The notes: generated by a model not told the origin, from the letters alone. A stretch of DNA of 63,585 nucleotides, filler included, from Octopus bimaculoides (GCF_001194135.2; 4 parts of 4 records of this genome joined end to end with filler, not necessarily neighbours in it); one strand, 5' to 3'; shown: positions 37,154 to 50,340, counted from the whole stretch's first letter. Numbers and translations: made by a program.

Positions 37154-37984
37154 AAAAAAAATACATTCTGGGTGAAAAAGTCTCAAGAGTTGTTAATGGT
37201 GTTGTTGCTTAGCCTAGGACAGACCTTAATTAAACAAACTTCTCATCAAAATCATCCAGTCATGCCCATCCCATCTTTATAAGGTGAAGAACTTTGACTA
37301 CATCCAATGGATCCTTCCTTGCAAAAGCTGTTGGGATGTGATTAGAGGAAGATTTGGTTGCTATTTCAAGCTAGTTAAGCAACCATATAGAAGGTCCCTC
37401 ATTAGATAGTTGGCAGTCAATAGTAGTTGAAGAAGAAATATATGGTGGAATGGTGATCTTAATAGATGAAATAAGACAAGACAAAATGAAAAAGAAAGTT
37501 TGTGTATCAGATCTACCATATAAAACAGACTGTGATAATAGTGACCATTATGACACTTGCAATCTTGTTTTAAAAGAGGATCTTGTTAGTAAAGAGTTAA
37601 GTATTCATGTGAACTTAACTGTTTCATTGTAGATTTTAACAAAGTAGAACACTGTAAAAGATAATAAAATTGGAATTATAAACATAGAAAATAAAATGTT
37701 TCAAACAGTTGTTAACATGCTAACATACTGTTAGTTCAAATATTTCCCAGGCCATGCAGGAAAATATTTACAGTATTCAGAGGCTGAGAATATTTTTGAA
37801 TAATCTAAGAATGTATTGAGGAAGTTATGAATGTTTGGTGTGATTATTGTTTCACTTTTCTCATTGACACAATGCCAGTCTGTTAAGGTTTGTCGCTGAT
37901 AAAATTCACTGAAATTCTGAGATGATATATAAGTTAAACAATAGCTTTTGCGTAAAATGGAAGAGCATAATCAGTTGATTATTT

Positions 37985-38151
37985 TATTAAGATGTGAAGT
38001 TAACTCTGTCAGGATGTGAGTGTACAATAATAGTGCGATGAACTACAATACAATGTAGTACTCAGAGTGATTGTTTCCATAGCTAGATGCCCTTTCAACA
38101 GAAATAATTTACAATAATTTACAAGGCGCAGGAATGACTGTGTGGTAAGTA
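37985..38151 (+). repeat. 167-bp exact direct duplication, copy 1 (copy 2 at 39023-39189)
   Basis: Identical text at offset 1038. Copy 2 starts exactly at a gap edge. Confidence 0.95.
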
Positions 38152-38154
38152 GCT

Positions 38155-38530
38155 AGGCCATATAAGGAAAAACTGTCCCCAGGGCCGTGACAAGGTCCTG
38201 GAATAGGAAAGTAAGATGCCCACCGCCACTCCTGTGGGGGGGGGGGAGACAATGGAAGTTGTGGAGGAAGTTGCCTCCAAGAAGGGGAAAAGAGGAAAAG
38301 GAAAATGAGCAACAATGGCTGCTCACCAAAAAATGTGCAGGCGGCACAGGAGGCAGGGGGACAGTGCCCCCCCCTGCCGTGCCCACCGATGCAGGCCCCT
38401 GCTCCCGTAGCCTCAAAGAGAAAGAGGAAAAAGAGGAGCGGAGGACAGTTGGTGGATGTCCCTGTGTCGCCAACTGAACTGCCGGTGGGATGTGTGCCAC
38501 CGGTGCAAAAGGCTCTGTCAGTGGGAAGTG
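38155..38530 (+). mobile_element. GC-rich insertion interrupting a SINE head, probable retroelement ORF fragment
   Basis: SINE head GGCGCAGGAATGACTGTGTGGTAAGTAGCT stops abruptly. The insert encodes low-complexity basic/Pro-rich peptide (VASKKGKRGKGK, PVASKRKRKKRSGG) and runs into a gap. Confidence 0.45.
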
Positions 38531-39162
38531 NNNNNNNNNNNNNNNNNNNNNNNNNNNNNNNNNNNNNNNNNNNNNNNNNNNNNNNNNNNNNNNNNNNNNN
38601 NNNNNNNNNNNNNNNNNNNNNNNNNNNNNNNNNNNNNNNNNNNNNNNNNNNNNNNNNNNNNNNNNNNNNNNNNNNNNNNNNNNNNNNNNNNNNNNNNNNN
38701 NNNNNNNNNNNNNNNNNNNNNNNNNNNNNNNNNNNNNNNNNNNNNNNNNNNNNNNNNNNNNNNNNNNNNNNNNNNNNNNNNNNNNNNNNNNNNNNNNNNN
38801 NNNNNNNNNNNNNNNNNNNNNNNNNNNNNNNNNNNNNNNNNNNNNNNNNNNNNNNNNNNNNNNNNNNNNNNNNNNNNNNNNNNNNNNNNNNNNNNNNNNN
38901 NNNNNNNNNNNNNNNNNNNNNNNNNNNNNNNNNNNNNNNNNNNNNNNNNNNNNNNNNNNNNNNNNNNNNNNNNNNNNNNNNNNNNNNNNNNNNNNNNNNN
39001 NNNNNNNNNNNNNNNNNNNNNNTATTAAGATGTGAAGTTAACTCTGTCAGGATGTGAGTGTACAATAATAGTGCGATGAACTACAATACAATGTAGTACT
39101 CAGAGTGATTGTTTCCATAGCTAGATGCCCTTTCAACAGAAATAATTTACAATAATTTACAA

Positions 39163-39577
39163 GGCGCAGGAATGACTGTGTGGTAAGTATCTTGCTTACC
39201 AACCACATGGTTCCGGGTTCAGTCCCACTGTGTGGCACCTTGGGCAAGTGTCTTCTACTATAGCCTCAGGCCAACCAAAGCCTTGTAAGTGGATTTGGTG
39301 GATAGAAACTGAAAGAAGCCCGTCGTATATATGTATATATATATGTGTGTGTGTATATGTTGTGTATCTGTGTTTGTAGCCCCAACATTGCTTGACAACT
39401 GATGCTGGTGTGTTTAGGTCTTCGTAACTTAGCAGTTCGGCAAAAGAGACCGATAGAATAAGTACTAAGCTTACAAAGAATAAGTCCTGGGGTAGATTTG
39501 ATTTGACTAAAGGTGGTGCTCCAGCATAGCTGCAGTCAAATGACTGTAACAAGTAAAAGAAAAAAAAAAGTAAAAGA
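39163..39577 (+). mobile_element. SINE family B, full length and uninterrupted
   Basis: Homologous to 17366-17780. Confidence 0.9.
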
Positions 39578-40291
39578 AAATATTTAACTTCATCTTTCTC
39601 ACATCTGGGTTCAAGTTCTACCTGAGTTAACTTTGTTTTATTTCTTTTTGTGAATCAAACCAAATTAATACTATACTGTGATTAATATAGTAGAGTCAAC
39701 CACTCTTCAGCAAAACATGGCTTTAAACATGGTCAAAACAAAGAAAAAGAAGAAGAAAATTAGGTTAAGCGACTGTTTGGATGAGGTATTAAACTATCAA
39801 CATCTAATTTGTCAGTTCAAATTTACTGAAGGTGTTGTGATTCTGTGCTGTACACTTATTCTGCATTACCTCAGATCTCATATAATTTGAGAATGGGTAC
39901 CTGCTCTCCTGAAAGTCTACCCACAATAAACTGGCTTCCAGTTTGCTTTGCAAAATAAAACTGGTGCTAAAAATTTAATCTGAAGCTTTAGAAGATATTC
40001 ATTTTGCTATTAATTTAATCAGCTCATGCTATGTATATCTTGGGGCTTAACTCTGTAAATGAGTCTTAACACTTTCAAGAACAGTTTTAATTTTGGAACT
40101 AGACATTTATTCAATGAAGCAAAATTATTGTTACCTTTATCCCAGACAAATTCTGTAAAGTTATGAAAAAAGTCATGTGATATTGCAAACAAAAATTACC
40201 TTTCAACTTTTGAGGTGGTTGACATCATCAGACAATTAATTCATAAGAATGAATTTTGCTCAGAAGTATATGAGAAACAGTTGATGGTTTT

Positions 40292-40772
40292 TGTTACCTT
40301 GCTGACCTAATTAGCAGTGAAGGTGGGTGTACCAAAAGCAAAGAACAGAGTAGAGAAAGCTCAGAGAACTGTAGTGGCGCGTGTGGCCGCCATCTTGGGA
40401 AGTGCCATTGCGCATGTGCAAGGGACTTGCCGTCAGCGGAAGTACCCGAGCACGCATGCGCAATGCAACAGGTGGAGAGAAAGCAATAGAGTTCGACCTC
40501 TTATCCATCCAGCAGCCGTGGCGACAGGACGTTCTTTCAGGCTGTCCCAACTCGACCCGACATGTGGTCGAAGCTTCCTTTGGTATTCTAGCGGCATGCC
40601 TGTTCACCCAGGCTCTACACCAACCTAGAATAAATTATTGATCTGTTGTTACCGTTATCCCTCATGTTGTTGTATTTCTGGATTTTAATGATTAATATAA
40701 GAACTGGGGAGAGACGGCCGAGCCGTCATATCTCATCCAATTCTTATAGAACTATTACCTCTGGAGGTAACA
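40292..40772 (+). mobile_element. Probable solo LTR (481 bp)
   Basis: Perfect 8-bp inverted termini TGTTACCT...AGGTAACA, GC-rich interior, AATAAA at 40629. No clean TSD. Confidence 0.65.
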
Positions 40773-41492
40773 AATGGAATCTCTCTCAGAGCAAATGGCA
40801 TATTGCATGATGCTCGTGTCTGAAGTGCAGAAGATTTGTAAAGCTAGAAAGAAATGAAGCAAGCATACTCTACTAGATATGTAATATTTGTGTGCATGAA
40901 TGATGGAATATCAAATAAACTGAGAATGAAACTGGTATAAAAGTAATCCAATGTCATGAGCAGGAGAAAAGACTGCACTGGCATTGGTGTGTGATGCACA
41001 CAAATGGTGATAGCTGTAAAAATATGGGGTGAGCACTTAAAGTGAATGGAACCTGTTAAAGAAGGAGATTGAAGAAAATATGGACAAGGTGATGAAGACT
41101 GAAACAAGGAGGATAAAACATATGAAGATAATAAGGAAATGCCATCCTAGAGAAAATCCATCCACTATGCAAGCATGGCATGAATGATATTAAAATGGTA
41201 GTAGTGATGGTGGATGGGATGTATAACATAGCTACAGTTGAGTCTTTCATTATTATGGTCCTGTTAAGTCTCTTTCTGCTTCTGTCTCATCCTCTTCAAT
41301 GCCCTCACATCTTTTACTTGCCCTTTTTTTATTCGTTGTACCATACCACCTCTGTTATGAAGGATGACATTAGATCTATCTATTGTCAATCTCCTCTATC
41401 ACAATTCTTATCATTCTATCTGTCTTTCTCCCATCACAATGCTTGTATCAGGAGAGATTGTATCAGATCTCTTCATACCCCATACACATCTT

Positions 41493-41526
<34 letters not shown>

Positions 41527-41986
41527 GAGCAAACATATAGCTGTGGTGACTTCTAGGCAGTATTTGTGTTGGCTGTGTTATAAATATTCATTTAACATTG
41601 TGACAAACATCACTGAGTTAGTGGATGTGGTTTTACCTTTCACTGATGGTTGATCTAGTTATTAGAAAGTAATTAATGCCTATCTATCTGTTACAAGAAT
41701 TTATAAACAGAATAATTTTTTTGCTTATTTATGCAGGAAACCAGTAGTATTGCGGAGTGAATGAAGTTAGCTAAGCAACCTTGAAATGAAATTTGATTTA
41801 CAAATGTAAAACGTTTATTTAGTTCACAGACCCTGTGTTGGATATACTACTCTTAAAACCATTAAAACCCCTTTATTAGCAAGTTTGATGGGAAAAAAGA
41901 ATGTGTGTGAGAGAGAGAGAGAGAGAGCATGCAAAACTTGTAACTTTCATTCTTTTTTCTATGATATTTCCATGAAATAATTACAG

Positions 41987-42121
41987 GTTCAAGTACAGGT
42001 TACAGACACTGAAAGTGATATTGAATGGATTTGGTCAAGACAGGAATTTCTTAACCGTAAATACATCATGCAAGAGGTTTATCAACAATTCATTACTGGA
42101 GAAAATTGGAAACTTCCACAA
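41987..42121 (+). CDS. KIF28: Kinesin exon VQVQVTDTESDIEWIWSRQEFLNRKYIMQEVYQQFITGENWKLPQ
   Basis: aattacag| ... |gtaaat. Kinesin-3 W...F.NR...M.E.Y motif. Phase 0 to 0. In-frame alternative acceptor 12 nt downstream. Confidence 0.92.
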
Positions 42122-42683
42122 GTAAATATTACTTTCTAAATATTATTAACATGTAAAATGTTATCATTTTAAATAAAAGAAATGTTCTACAGAAATGAAT
42201 TAGAATATTTAAAATATTACAGCCTGTAAAAATGTTCATTTTAATGCAAATATAACTATAACTGTATTGACATTAGCCCTTTGTAAATTAAACCTTCTGA
42301 CATCTAAACCAAAAATAGATGGAACCAGTTCTATAGGTTACAAAAAAGTGTATAAGTATCATTATCTAAAATTTGGTATAAATATCTGAAGCTCAATAAA
42401 CATAGAAAAGTAAACATATTTTTGAAGAGATCAGCCCTTTCACCTTTCTAGCATTAAAATGGTAGACTGATACCTTGGACTTAAGACAACCTGTCTTAAG
42501 TATCCAAAGTATTAACTTTTACATTATTCACAATTCTTGATATTTTTTTTTTTGAAAAAAAAGCAAGAAGGAAAAGCAAAATAAATACATGTGATTTTAA
42601 ATAAATTGTTTCATAAATTTGTTATAAAATTAGACTTACTATTTTGAGCAATTGTAAACTTTGTAGATTTACTTATTTTTCAG

Positions 42684-42767
42684 GACAAAGACCCGTTTTA
42701 TGATGATCCAACTGCTCCTTATCTGATTGGTTCAGTTGAAATTTTTTTGAAATCATTGGCTCATGGT
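42684..42767 (+). CDS. KIF28: Kinesin exon DKDPFYDDPTAPYLIGSVEIFLKSLAHG
   Basis: tttttcag| ... |gtaagt. DPF motif. Phase 0 to 0. Confidence 0.92.
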
Positions 42768-42849
42768 GTAAGTACACTCAATGATTAAGTATCTTAGATG
42801 AGCTATGTTTGGTTCATATGTGTCTATACATATCGTATAAATATATATA

Positions 42850-43222
42850 AAGGGCCTTAGAGTCAACCTAGCTAAAACCAAAATCCTAATAAGTAGGAAG
42901 GTAGATAAAACACAAACCCCTTCAGGTAGATGGCCCTGCTCAGTATGTAGAAAAGGAGTAGGTAGTAACTCTATAAGATGTACCCGGTGCAAGCTATGGA
43001 CACATAAGAGGTGCAGCAACATCAAAGGCAGGTTAACTAGGAAGTTAGTTTTTGTTTGTGGCAGATGTTCAGGTGCAATAAAGACTGTAAACAAACAGGA
43101 AACAACTTCTATCTCATTCCAGGGTGAAAAACTAGAGGTAGTCGATAGCTTCCGCTATCTGGGCGACCAAGTTAGTAGTGGGGGTGGGTGCGCTGAAAGT
43201 GTAGCTGCTAGAATAAGAATAG
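42850..43222 (+). mobile_element. 5'-truncated RTE LINE with uninterrupted frame (RT end and Cys-rich finger)
   Basis: KGLRVNLAKTK...WPCSVCRKGVGSNSIRCTRCKLWTHKRC...CGRC...LEVVDSFRYLGD, no stops up to the gap. Confidence 0.92.
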
Positions 43223-43389
43223 NNNNNNNNNNNNNNNNNNNNNNNNNNNNNNNNNNNNNNNNNNNNTTAATTAATTAANNNNNNNNNNNNNNNNNNNNNN
43301 NNNNNNNNNNNNNNNNNNNNNNATATATATAGTTTTATATATATATATATAGTTTTATATATATATATAACTATATATATATATATATA

Positions 43390-43615
43390 TGTATGTGCAT
43401 GTATATATGTGTCTGTGTTTGTTACCTACTATCGCTTGATAACCGATGTTGATGTGTTTATGTCCCCATAACCTAGCGGTTTGGCAAAAGAGACTGATAA
43501 AATAATTACTAGGCTTACTGAAAATATGTCCTGGGGTCGATTTGTTCGACTAAAAGTGCTACTCCAGCATGGTTGCAGTTAAATGACTGAAACAAGTAAA
43601 ACAATGAAAGAAAAA
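43390..43615 (+). mobile_element. SINE family B, 3' half
   Basis: Homologous to 17580-17780. Confidence 0.8.
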
Positions 43616-46600
43616 AAAATAAACATTTTAATTCCCAAAAAATCTTACCGTTTAGAAGTTTTAAATCTCAAAAATGGTAGGACAATCCAAAACACAGCTA
43701 CACTTATGTGCTGTCTTAATTCTAATATGTTAGTTATTTTAATTTTTATTTAAATTGTAATGATTTCCTCCTTTAAGTCAACATATAAACTGAGAACTTT
43801 CTAAATAGTTACTTATGTTTTTGTCTAAAAGTAACAGTACCTGTATTTGATGAAAGTTTCTGTATTATAGGATTAATGTCTTCTAAATTGAATTTTAAAA
43901 AGAATTTCAAAGAAACACAGGTCTATGTAGGAAATGAAAAAGCAACTTCAACTTCATAACTTTAAAAGTGAAGCTGCTGTTTTTTTATGTGACTGTTATT
44001 GTATCTTTTTGATAATAACAGCAAATTTCATTTTATGATTTATGCATAATCAATTTATTTTATGTAAAAAGAAATCATGGTGTGATTTTTGACCCTTCAA
44101 AAACACTTGACTGAACAATTTCCTATGAATTATTACACTCTTTTCATGAAAAAATGTTCATTTTGTATATTTCTATTTATAGGAAATAATTAAAAGTCTT
44201 GAAAATAACAATTTCTTTAGTAAAATTTAAAATGCAATCATAAATATTTGAGAATATTGAGAACAGATTTGTGTTTTCTTCCTGGGTGTTTGCATAGAAA
44301 ATCTATAAAAATATTTCAAAATGACGGCTATTATGAAAATATTAGATAAAGTAAGGAAATTGAATGAGAAACTAATTATGTAACCAGATTCTAACTCTGT
44401 CGAAACTCCACACAATATTTAAAATTTAAAAGAAAGCATTATAAGAGAACATCATTTTAGAGTCAAAGCAAGCAATCAGAAGTTTAGATTTGGTCTGCAG
44501 CAATCTATCAAAAGACCTTTAATACACACATTTATTGTTAAAATGTTGACTATTGGATCCATACCTGAAATAGAGTAGAAGATATCTAAAAGAATAAAGG
44601 GGCACATTTCAAACTTAAGCAGTTAGAAAATGATGAAAGAGAAGATCAGTAAATAAATAATCGATGTAGAAACGTTCATGCTGAAATGCTGTTATCTGTT
44701 AGTAAATTATATTTTTTAACCTGAAAATTTTGAGATATTGTGGGACACTGGACCACTGACAAGGGGTATTTTGATTATGTTAGCATCTTGCTTCACTGAT
44801 GTATCAGATAATGCTCAGGAGGATACCTAACTGCTTCAGCATCTCAACCTCACAACTGGCCATAGTAAGGCTGTGCTTCTGGCTATCTCAAAAAATTTTA
44901 ACAGTTAACATCAGTTTCCCCTGGCATAATGTCTAATTGAAGGCATGTGCATGCTTCTATTTTGGTCATTTATACACTGGCTTCCACTTTTCTTTTCTTT
45001 TTCATTTTCTTACTTAGTAAATAGGTTCTTTCTCACAGCTTAATAAGCCATACTTCTAGCAGAATGGAATAGAAAAAATAATGAGGAGAAAATTAGATAG
45101 AATAATGGCACCAAAAGTATGCATTAATTTTAAAGTATTATAATCTAATATAAATAAAATTAAGTATAAGCATGAATAACCATTAACTGCTATGCTTTTT
45201 AATATGAAAGATTTAACATTGAAGATATACACATATTGCTTGGAAAAACACTGATTTTTACTAGAAGTTCTGTCACTGGTCATGTTGCTGTTTCATAACT
45301 CTGTCAACAAATCATCTACTAGCTCAGCAATTTTGAAAAATAGATGAGATTTAGTGACAAGAAGGATATCTGGTTGTAATACAGATCTCCAATAATATGT
45401 ACAATTATGTTTTTTTTTTGTTGTTGATTATGAAACACTATAAGTGTGTAATGTGTATATGAGTGTTTTTTATACAAGTGATGTGTCAAGTTGCATCCTT
45501 CTATATAAAAAGATAATTTAGCCTTTTAATAATGGAGATCGATTAAAAAAGTTTTGGCCAGAAATAAATGTAAAGACTGATATCAAACCAAAAGCTTTCA
45601 AGTATCATGCTATAACCTGGCCTGAATCCAATATCTGAGATTATGTAAGAAAAAGGAATGTCTTGCATGCCTATTATTTTAAACTTATTAACTTAGAATA
45701 TATTAGTGTTATGAAATTTTCTAATACTTCAGGCTATATTTTCCAACAGGAGTATGAATACAAGCAACATTTGAAAGCAATTTAACATTTTAATTATTGC
45801 ATTTATACATGCTTAAGAGTAATATATTGCAAATATTGGGATAATGGGAAAACAGTTTTTAAACAGTGGAAATACTCTTCAGAGTTGTAAAAATTTGAAA
45901 TCAGACGATGGTGAGTAGGCATAATTTATTAGTATATCTTTTAACTGAATTTATTTTCCTATGATCAATTAAAAATTAATTTTTAAAACCAAAGTATTAT
46001 TAGACTTTGAAATTCTCTTCTATGATTGTTTTTTTTTATTTTTATTTTTGTAATAGATACTACCAAGGGAAATTAAACTATCAACACTTTATTTTTTGTT
46101 TTTTTTTTCAATCACATTTCATAAACACTTCTGTTTGCTAGCTTAATGCAATTATATCACCAAGCTATTTTAATTAATGGTTACTTCAGTCAAATATTTT
46201 ATTAAATCAAGAATAGAAATTAGAAAGTATTTTTTTGTTTTTACCTAAAAGGAAGCTAATTTTATAAATATTAACCACAGTTTCTTATAAGATAATAAAC
46301 AACTATTATACGAATTAAAAAAAAAATAAACAGCTCACATCTGAAAAAATGTGTAAACATAAATATCATTTCATAATCAAAGCTTAGAAAAAATGGTAGA
46401 TGACTAATATTTTTTATAAATTTGTTATAAGAGGAGTGGGTTCAGTGTAGTTGTTTGTCCTGAGTCTGACTATCTCTAGGATGATGACTGGAGGAAATTT
46501 GCACGCAGGAAGGTATGCTCTGATATGAAAGGATATGTGTAGTGTTAAAAGAGTCTAGTTTGTCATGTTTGTGCCAAAGTTTAAACAGGTACACAGAACA

Positions 46601-48339
46601 ATATCAAATATACAGGAATGTGTGCTCATAGAAGTGGTGATATCTTGCTTGTCATTGTACAACAGAGGTGAATAGAGAAGAGAAAGTGTAAGACACATTG
46701 GTCTATCTTGGGATACATCAGACTTTATAGAGTTGGGTTTCTGGATAACCACGTCAGCATATGCTTCAATTATATCATCTTCTAACAGACAAGAGAATTG
46801 GGTAGATATAGCCCAAAGAATTTTGATATTTTACACTATTTATTATATTTGCAGGAAATATAAATATTTCTATAGTCGAATTTTAACTTTTTTTATTTTG
46901 TAGGATAATAACAATACAAGAACCTTTCGGTCTGCATAATTTACATTTTGCAAATGAAATATTTACTGACTATATTTGAAATTATGATAAAATAATTTCT
47001 GTAGATTTGATTGAATTCACTTCAAATCTTGTTTTGTAAACAATTATATGATGTTAAACGATATAAATTAAACAAATCATTTTGTCAGAAGATTGTTCTG
47101 GTATGCTATTTCAGTATAGCTTTCTTAACATGGCTGTCAACAAATGCTTATCTAAGCTAATGGATTTTGAAGAAAATGTTTATAGATTAAAAATGTGTGG
47201 CAATAGTTTATAGTTTTTAATGCCCCCCACCCTCCAATTAAGTATTCTTGGGTAATCTTCTTTATTACATATAACAACGTAGAGAAAATGCTAGAATTTC
47301 TTAATTACTATCAAACTAGTCAGTTTCGTCTGTAAGTTAATTAATCTTTGGTATTTTTTATATATTTTTGGTGTTCATAAAATAATTTTCATTTTCAGTT
47401 AAAATCCAAGTTACCATTCACTAAGCATATTTTACATTTATTCATTTGATTTACAATATAGCTTTACAGTGTACGCTTCTTAATATTTTTCACTAAACAA
47501 AATAAAAAGGTCATTTCTGTCATGTGCTTTCATAAGGGGAATAGAGAACAAATTCAGTTCTATTTTTAAGTTTAAAGGGGATAAACATTATGATATAATG
47601 TTGATTTTAAAGACATTAAATTTCTTGTAACATTTTAGCATTAGCTGGTGTTGAATTAGTTTGAGCAAGATTTCAGCATAACAGCTCTGGTAATACTAAA
47701 CACAAAAATATTTTTCCAAATTGTATATGCTACATACAATGCTGCATTTGGAGAATTGCTGAATTTCTGAAACCTCTTAGGTGAGGGCACATTCTGAAAA
47801 ACATAATGAGTAATAGGTTGAGTTTTTCTAAATACAATTATCTAACCTGATAGTTTTCTTCCATCATTTATTAGGAACTCCTAATTGTTTTAATAAGCTC
47901 AGGTGGGGAGGGGATCCCATGCCCCCCCCCCCCAAGAAAAGAAGTGCGCCCCTCTAAATAATGTTATTACACCCTTTTCTCCTGGAATTGTATTCCATTC
48001 TGACCTTGTGCCCTCCCTTCAAAAAATTCCTGGGACTGCACCTGTTAAGTACAAGTGTCTTTGGCAAAAGGAAGATTGTCCTAAAAAAATTCAACCTTAC
48101 ATAACAGCAACTAGGAGTTTCTAAAAGATTATATACAAAATAACCATCAGGTACAACAATTATATCTGCAAAAGTTTGTATAGTGATAATAAACATGTAT
48201 AAAAATTTTCAAGATTAAGAAAGATTTTCAAAGTTAAATTCTGTATAAGAATAACCCCAAAATATTTACCAATCCTAATATTGCTATGTTTGGAATTGAG
48301 TGTATTTGAGCTAGATTTGGCTTTCCTGATGAAATGTTT

Positions 48340-49290
48340 TGCTTCAGTAAATACATCATCTAGAGGATTTGTGGGTATTATTGTCAACAGCGATCTGCAT
48401 TGGACAATCTACATCTCTAAGATTGTCAAGGCTGAGGGTGTCTTAGCATCACTCAGTAAGACCTTGTCAACTACTCTCCAGCTATCTATTTAACCCTTTC
48501 GATACCAACCCGACTGAAACCACCTCTGGCTCTGTAGTACAAATGTCTTGTTTTCATAAGTTTGGAAAAACTTCCACCAAACCTTAGTCACAATTTATGT
48601 TCCTAACGCTAGCTTAATGATAACTAAGTTATTTTATTAAATTCGTTTTATATTTGAAATTAATCGAATGAAACACAGAACATCTCAAAATAAATGCGGT
48701 AACAAAAGTGTTGAAGCTGTATATGACTATGGTATGTCCACATTTAGAGTTTGCATCACCAGTCTGGAACCCTTATCTTGCTCAGAATATCAATCACCTG
48801 GAAATTGTTCAGAGATGTATTTGCCATACTCTGAGCATCTTGCTTCCCTGGGCATGGACACATTAAAGATCTGATGTCTGGCAACTGACTTGGTAAATGC
48901 CCACAAGATTATCCACCATCTTTCCAACAACAATCTTGGGCACCTTTTTGAATTCCATATGTCTAACACTCATGGCCATGTTCGCAAAATCAAAAACAAA
49001 CAACACAGCACTCATGACTTTTGCGAACATTTTTCTCATGCTCAGAATTGCTGAAGCATGAAATAAATTACCTCAATCAGTTGCTAGCTGTTGAGACACT
49101 ACATCCTTCAAAACGCCCATGCTTCCTGAAATTCGACCCCAGATGCCCCCCATCCTCGTTTCTTCTTCTTTTTTTTTTAACTGTTTATCTACTGTTCATG
49201 CAGTTTTGGCTATTTTTTTCTGATTAGTTGTCGTGCACCTGAGCACTGTATATAATAAGTTCATTGTATTATATTATTTCTTTCAATATC
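48340..49290 (+). mobile_element. CR1/L2-like LINE 3' fragment, interrupted by a MITE
   Basis: GIIVNSDLHWTIYISKIVKA, then after the insert PHLEFASPVWNPYLAQNINHLEIVQR. Confidence 0.8.
48494..48710. mobile_element. piggyBac-like MITE
   Basis: TTAA|CCCTTTCGATACC at the left end and degenerate GGTAACAAAAGTG|TTGA at the right end. Confidence 0.65.
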
Positions 49291-49640
49291 TCAATAGGTA
49301 ATGGCCTGTTCCTGAACCGGGTATTACCTTTTGTTTCATCTGTTATGCCATTCAGGTCAGATTTGTTTATTCAGGCCAGTAATAATTTAGATTTATATAA
49401 AAGACATTCATTTCATGAAAACACTGTCCTTGTAATATCATACCTTTTTTGGTTGTTCACCCTGGTTGACTTACGAGCCCTCGGTATTTTATTGAGTCTG
49501 CTTCAGGTTTATTCAAAGTCTAAACCAGTGTCTTTCGGGGAATGTTGTTGCTGCTGAAATAATTAGTTTGTTACTTTTTTCCTATAATGATAATCTACAA
49601 GAGCATGCAGCAGACTTTTTTGTGCATTTAAAAGGTAGTA

Positions 49641-49828
49641 CTCATTTACTCGTTTCAGTCATTTGACTGTGGCCATGCTGGAGCACCACCTTTAGTCGAG
49701 AAACTCGACCCCAGGACTTATTCTTTGTAAGCCTACTACTTATTCTATCGGTCTCTTTTTGCCGAACCACTAAGTTACAGGGACATAAACACACCAGCAT
49801 CGGTTATCAAGCGATGGTGGGGGGACAA

Positions 49829-49859
<31 letters not shown>

Positions 49860-50029
49860 CATACATATATACGACGGGCTTCTTTCAGTTTCCGTCTACC
49901 AAATCCACTCACAAGGCTTTGGTCGGCCCGAGGCTATAGTAGAAGGCACTTGCCCAAGACGTCACGCAGTGGGACTGAACCCGGAACCATGTGGTTGGTA
50001 AGCAAGCTACTTACCACACAGCCACTCTG
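49641..50029 (-). mobile_element. SINE family B, full length
   Basis: Reverse complement of the 17366-17780 family. Confidence 0.9.
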
Positions 50030-50119
50030 CAATTGCTTTCTTATATTGCTCTCCAACGCTCAATAATCCACTACCACTTTTACTTCTAGGGATATAAAAC
50101 TGCAAGTTTTGTGACTTAT

Positions 50120-50340
50120 GGTACAGTATGTAGTGGAGTTTTTGAAGATTTTTTTGTATTACAGAATATGGAACCTAGGTCTATAAAACTTCTGTTCAAT
50201 ATTATAGAACCATATGTTATGGCTGGTAGTGTAAATGTGTTGATGGCACAGATAGTATTCTTGCTACTGAAATGAGTTTTAAAGTTTTCTTTAAATTTGA
50301 TAAAATATTTTTCATTCATATACATGCATCTTTTACACAC
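50120..50340 (-). mobile_element. Second R4-like RT-thumb remnant
   Basis: SSKNTICAINTFTLPAITYGS resembles the KN...AINT.A.PV.TYS motif of RLE-type LINEs. Confidence 0.5.

Larger units (their letters stand above)
19086..42767 (+). other. KIF28: Partial gene span: kinesin-3 family, KIF28/KLP-6-like (9 exons found, 1122 nt, 374 codons)
   Basis: All nine exons have AG/GT boundaries with compatible phases. Domain order is motor end, neck coil, FHA, post-FHA helical region, DPF motif. The symbol comes from recalled family motifs, not a database search. Confidence 0.8.
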
